DNA of 63,987 bases, the filler included, from Dirinaria sp. TL-2023a (lineage: Eukaryota): assembly GCA_051941275.1 (NCBI GenBank). It is 5 parts of 5 records of this genome, joined end to end, with 100 filler letters (N's around TTAATTAATTAA, not from the genome) between each part and the next. Parts side by side here need not be neighbours in the genome. Positions count along the whole stretch, not along the records: positions 51,885 to 63,987 come from JAVEBF010000791.1; 4 more parts are not named here. One strand, 5' to 3'. Below, one piece after another: positions 62,333-63,987 of the stretch; positions within the stretch are counted from its first letter, which is position 1, and each line of letters begins with the position of its first letter. The position numbers and the translations under genes were made by a program. Under the pieces are notes generated by a model. It was given only the letters and a program-made list of their open reading frames with translations. It did not search any database and was not told the origin of the DNA.

Positions 62333-63987
62333 ATGGCTGCTTGCGTCCCTCCAACGTTCATTGATCTATATACGGCTTCAACGCGTGTCAATGTTGAAGT
62401 CAACATCATGGGTCGAGTGACGGATTTCATGCCACCAGTCCAATCACGGGGATCCGATTGGATGTGTTCGTTCTCCGTCGCAGATTCCACATTAGGTGGC
62501 GAATCGGACGAAGGTCTGAAAGTCCGCTTCTTCAAACCCTTCTCAGAAATGCCTCCCATACAGAGTTCAGGCGATGTTCTCCTCCTACGCGATATCAAAA
62601 TCAGCGAATTTCGAGGTGTGACGATGGGCCTTTCTTGCTGGTCAACGGGTTGGATCATTTTTCCTGCAGCGTCAATACCTGAAAAGGCACCACCAAATGC
62701 TGTCAGACTCAAGTATTCGAGCTCAAGAGGTGCGGGGAAGCCGAGCCAAAGCGAAATGCTTTACGCCATCAAGCTTTGCAACCTACGCAACAGAACGAGT
62801 GATAAAGCATATGACACAACTCAGTCCGACGTCCCGCCAGCAAACGAAGAGGCTCCAGTATCCTCGATTGCACCATCAACCGCAGCTTCAGGTTTAACAA
62901 GAGTTCCATCTTCCAAAACCGGTGGACGCACCAATCTTGGTGGCCGCGACAAGTTTGCCCTCGTCAAAGATTTACAGATCAACACATTCTACGATCTCGT
63001 TGGCCAAGTCGTGAAGATATATCCGAATATGGGGCGTCTAGAGATGTATATCACGGATTACACCTCCAACAATATGCTTTACGGATATGAATGGGACAAA
63101 GAGGAGAAAGAAAACCATCAGCACGGCGATGAATATGGGTATCTGAAAGCTGGAAACCACAAGTCCCAGAAGTGGCCTGGCCCGTATGGTAAGATGACAC
63201 TGATGGTGACGCTATGGCCACCTCATTCTCACTTTGTGATGTCACACGTCAAAGAGTGGGACTTTGTCCTTCTGCAGAATGTTCGAGCCAAGCAAGACCG
63301 GGATGGGAAAATGGAGGGAGCAGTCCATGAGGACAAATACTACCCTAGCAAGATATGCGTCAGTGTCCTCTCTGACCGCAGTGACGAGCGTGTCAAGGAT
63401 GCCCTCCGAAGAAAGCGGGACTACAATGAAAAATTCAACATGCAATCCGCTCAATTGATAGCCCAAGCGAAGAAACAAAACGGTGGCGAAGGCAAACCAT
63501 TATCCAAAAACCAGCAGCGGAAAAAGCGAAAGCAAGAACGCGAACAAGCCGCACGCGAAAAAGACGAGCCCCTTGGCAAGAAGAAAAAAACCCCTCAAGA
63601 TCATGGGAACCGTTCCGACAACGAACCCATTCAGGAGAACACAGCTCTTCCCCAAGCAACGAAACCGTCCAAAACTGACCTGAACAAAAACATCCATTGC
63701 TCGCACCACACCGTCCCAACCCGATCTCTATCCTCTATTCTCTCCCTCGAAACCCACCAAAACAAGTCTCCGGCAGGCACAACCTACACACTTCCCTTCC
63801 AAAACATCAAATCCCGCAGCACCGTGCGCGTCGTAGATTTCTTCCCCTCAGACCTAGCAAACTTCGCAGTACCAAGCCGAAAACGCTCCGAATTCGACGA
63901 GTTATCGGACTACGAGCCCAGCGACAGCACCACCACCTCCTCCCCCCACCATCAAAACGAAGAACAAGACCACGAAGACCCCTCAAC
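62333..63987 (+). CDS. POT1: Protection of telomeres protein 1 (OB-fold telomere ssDNA-binding protein), runs off the window
   Basis: Open frame from ATG 62333 to the window end, absent from the ORF track because it has no stop. OB1: VNIMGRVTDFMPPVQSRGSDW..GLKVRFF..GDVLLLRDIKI. OB2: FYDLVGQVVKIY..YITDYTSN..WPGPYGKMTLMVTLWPPH. C-terminal LPFQN..VRVVDFFP. Confidence 0.9.
   Translation, partial: MAACVPPTFIDLYTASTRVNVEVNIMGRVTDFMPPVQSRGSDWMCSFSVADSTLGGESDEGLKVRFFKPFSEMPPIQSSGDVLLLRDIKISEFRGVTMGLSCWSTGWIIFPAASIPEKAPPNAVRLKYSSSRGAGKPSQSEMLYAIKLCNLRNRTSDKAYDTTQSDVPPANEEAPVSSIAPSTAASGLTRVPSSKTGGRTNLGGRDKFALVKDLQINTFYDLVGQVVKIYPNMGRLEMYITDYTSNNMLYGYEWDKEEKENHQHGDEYGYLKAGNHKSQKWPGPYGKMTLMVTLWPPHSHFVMSHVKEWDFVLLQNVRAKQDRDGKMEGAVHEDKYYPSKICVSVLSDRSDERVKDALRRKRDYNEKFNMQSAQLIAQAKKQNGGEGKPLSKNQQRKKRKQEREQAAREKDEPLGKKKKTPQDHGNRSDNEPIQENTALPQATKPSKTDLNKNIHCSHHTVPTRSLSSILSLETHQNKSPAGTTYTLPFQNIKSRSTVRVVDFFPSDLANFAVPSRKRSEFDELSDYEPSDSTTTSSPHHQNEEQDHEDPS

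Overview
Eukaryotic (filamentous ascomycete, Pezizomycotina-type) genomic DNA. It is not one continuous locus: five separate contigs of about 12.8-12.9 kb are joined by artificial 100-nt linkers (N44-TTAATTAATTAA-N44) and appear to be ordered by decreasing length, so genes on different sides of a linker are not linked. Contig 1 (1-12887) has no intact recognisable gene. It holds decayed, intron-bearing gene relics, the clearest being an AlkB-like 2OG-Fe(II) dioxygenase whose catalytic last intron+exon has been tandemly triplicated. Contigs 2-5 carry ordinary intron-containing fungal genes: complex I subunits (NDUFB8-like, 14 kDa), a Munc13/C2 protein, two IPNS-type 2OG oxygenases, acyl-CoA dehydrogenase, a spartin/senescence-domain protein, SWD2 next to a BOD1/SHG1-domain protein (both COMPASS-related), a DMATS prenyltransferase pseudogene beside a transcription factor and an SDR, an orphan gene with a GC-AG intron, PP5, UreF, Sis1, Rbg2/DRG2, carboxypeptidase S10, an F-box-like orphan, a Zn-dependent MDR dehydrogenase, importin alpha, a frameshifted GNAT and a partial POT1 that the ORF track missed. 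No rRNA, tRNA, CRISPR or intact transposon was recognised. I cannot support a claim of a wholly new biological system; the best leads are listed as findings. All family assignments come from recognising motifs by eye, not from database searches.
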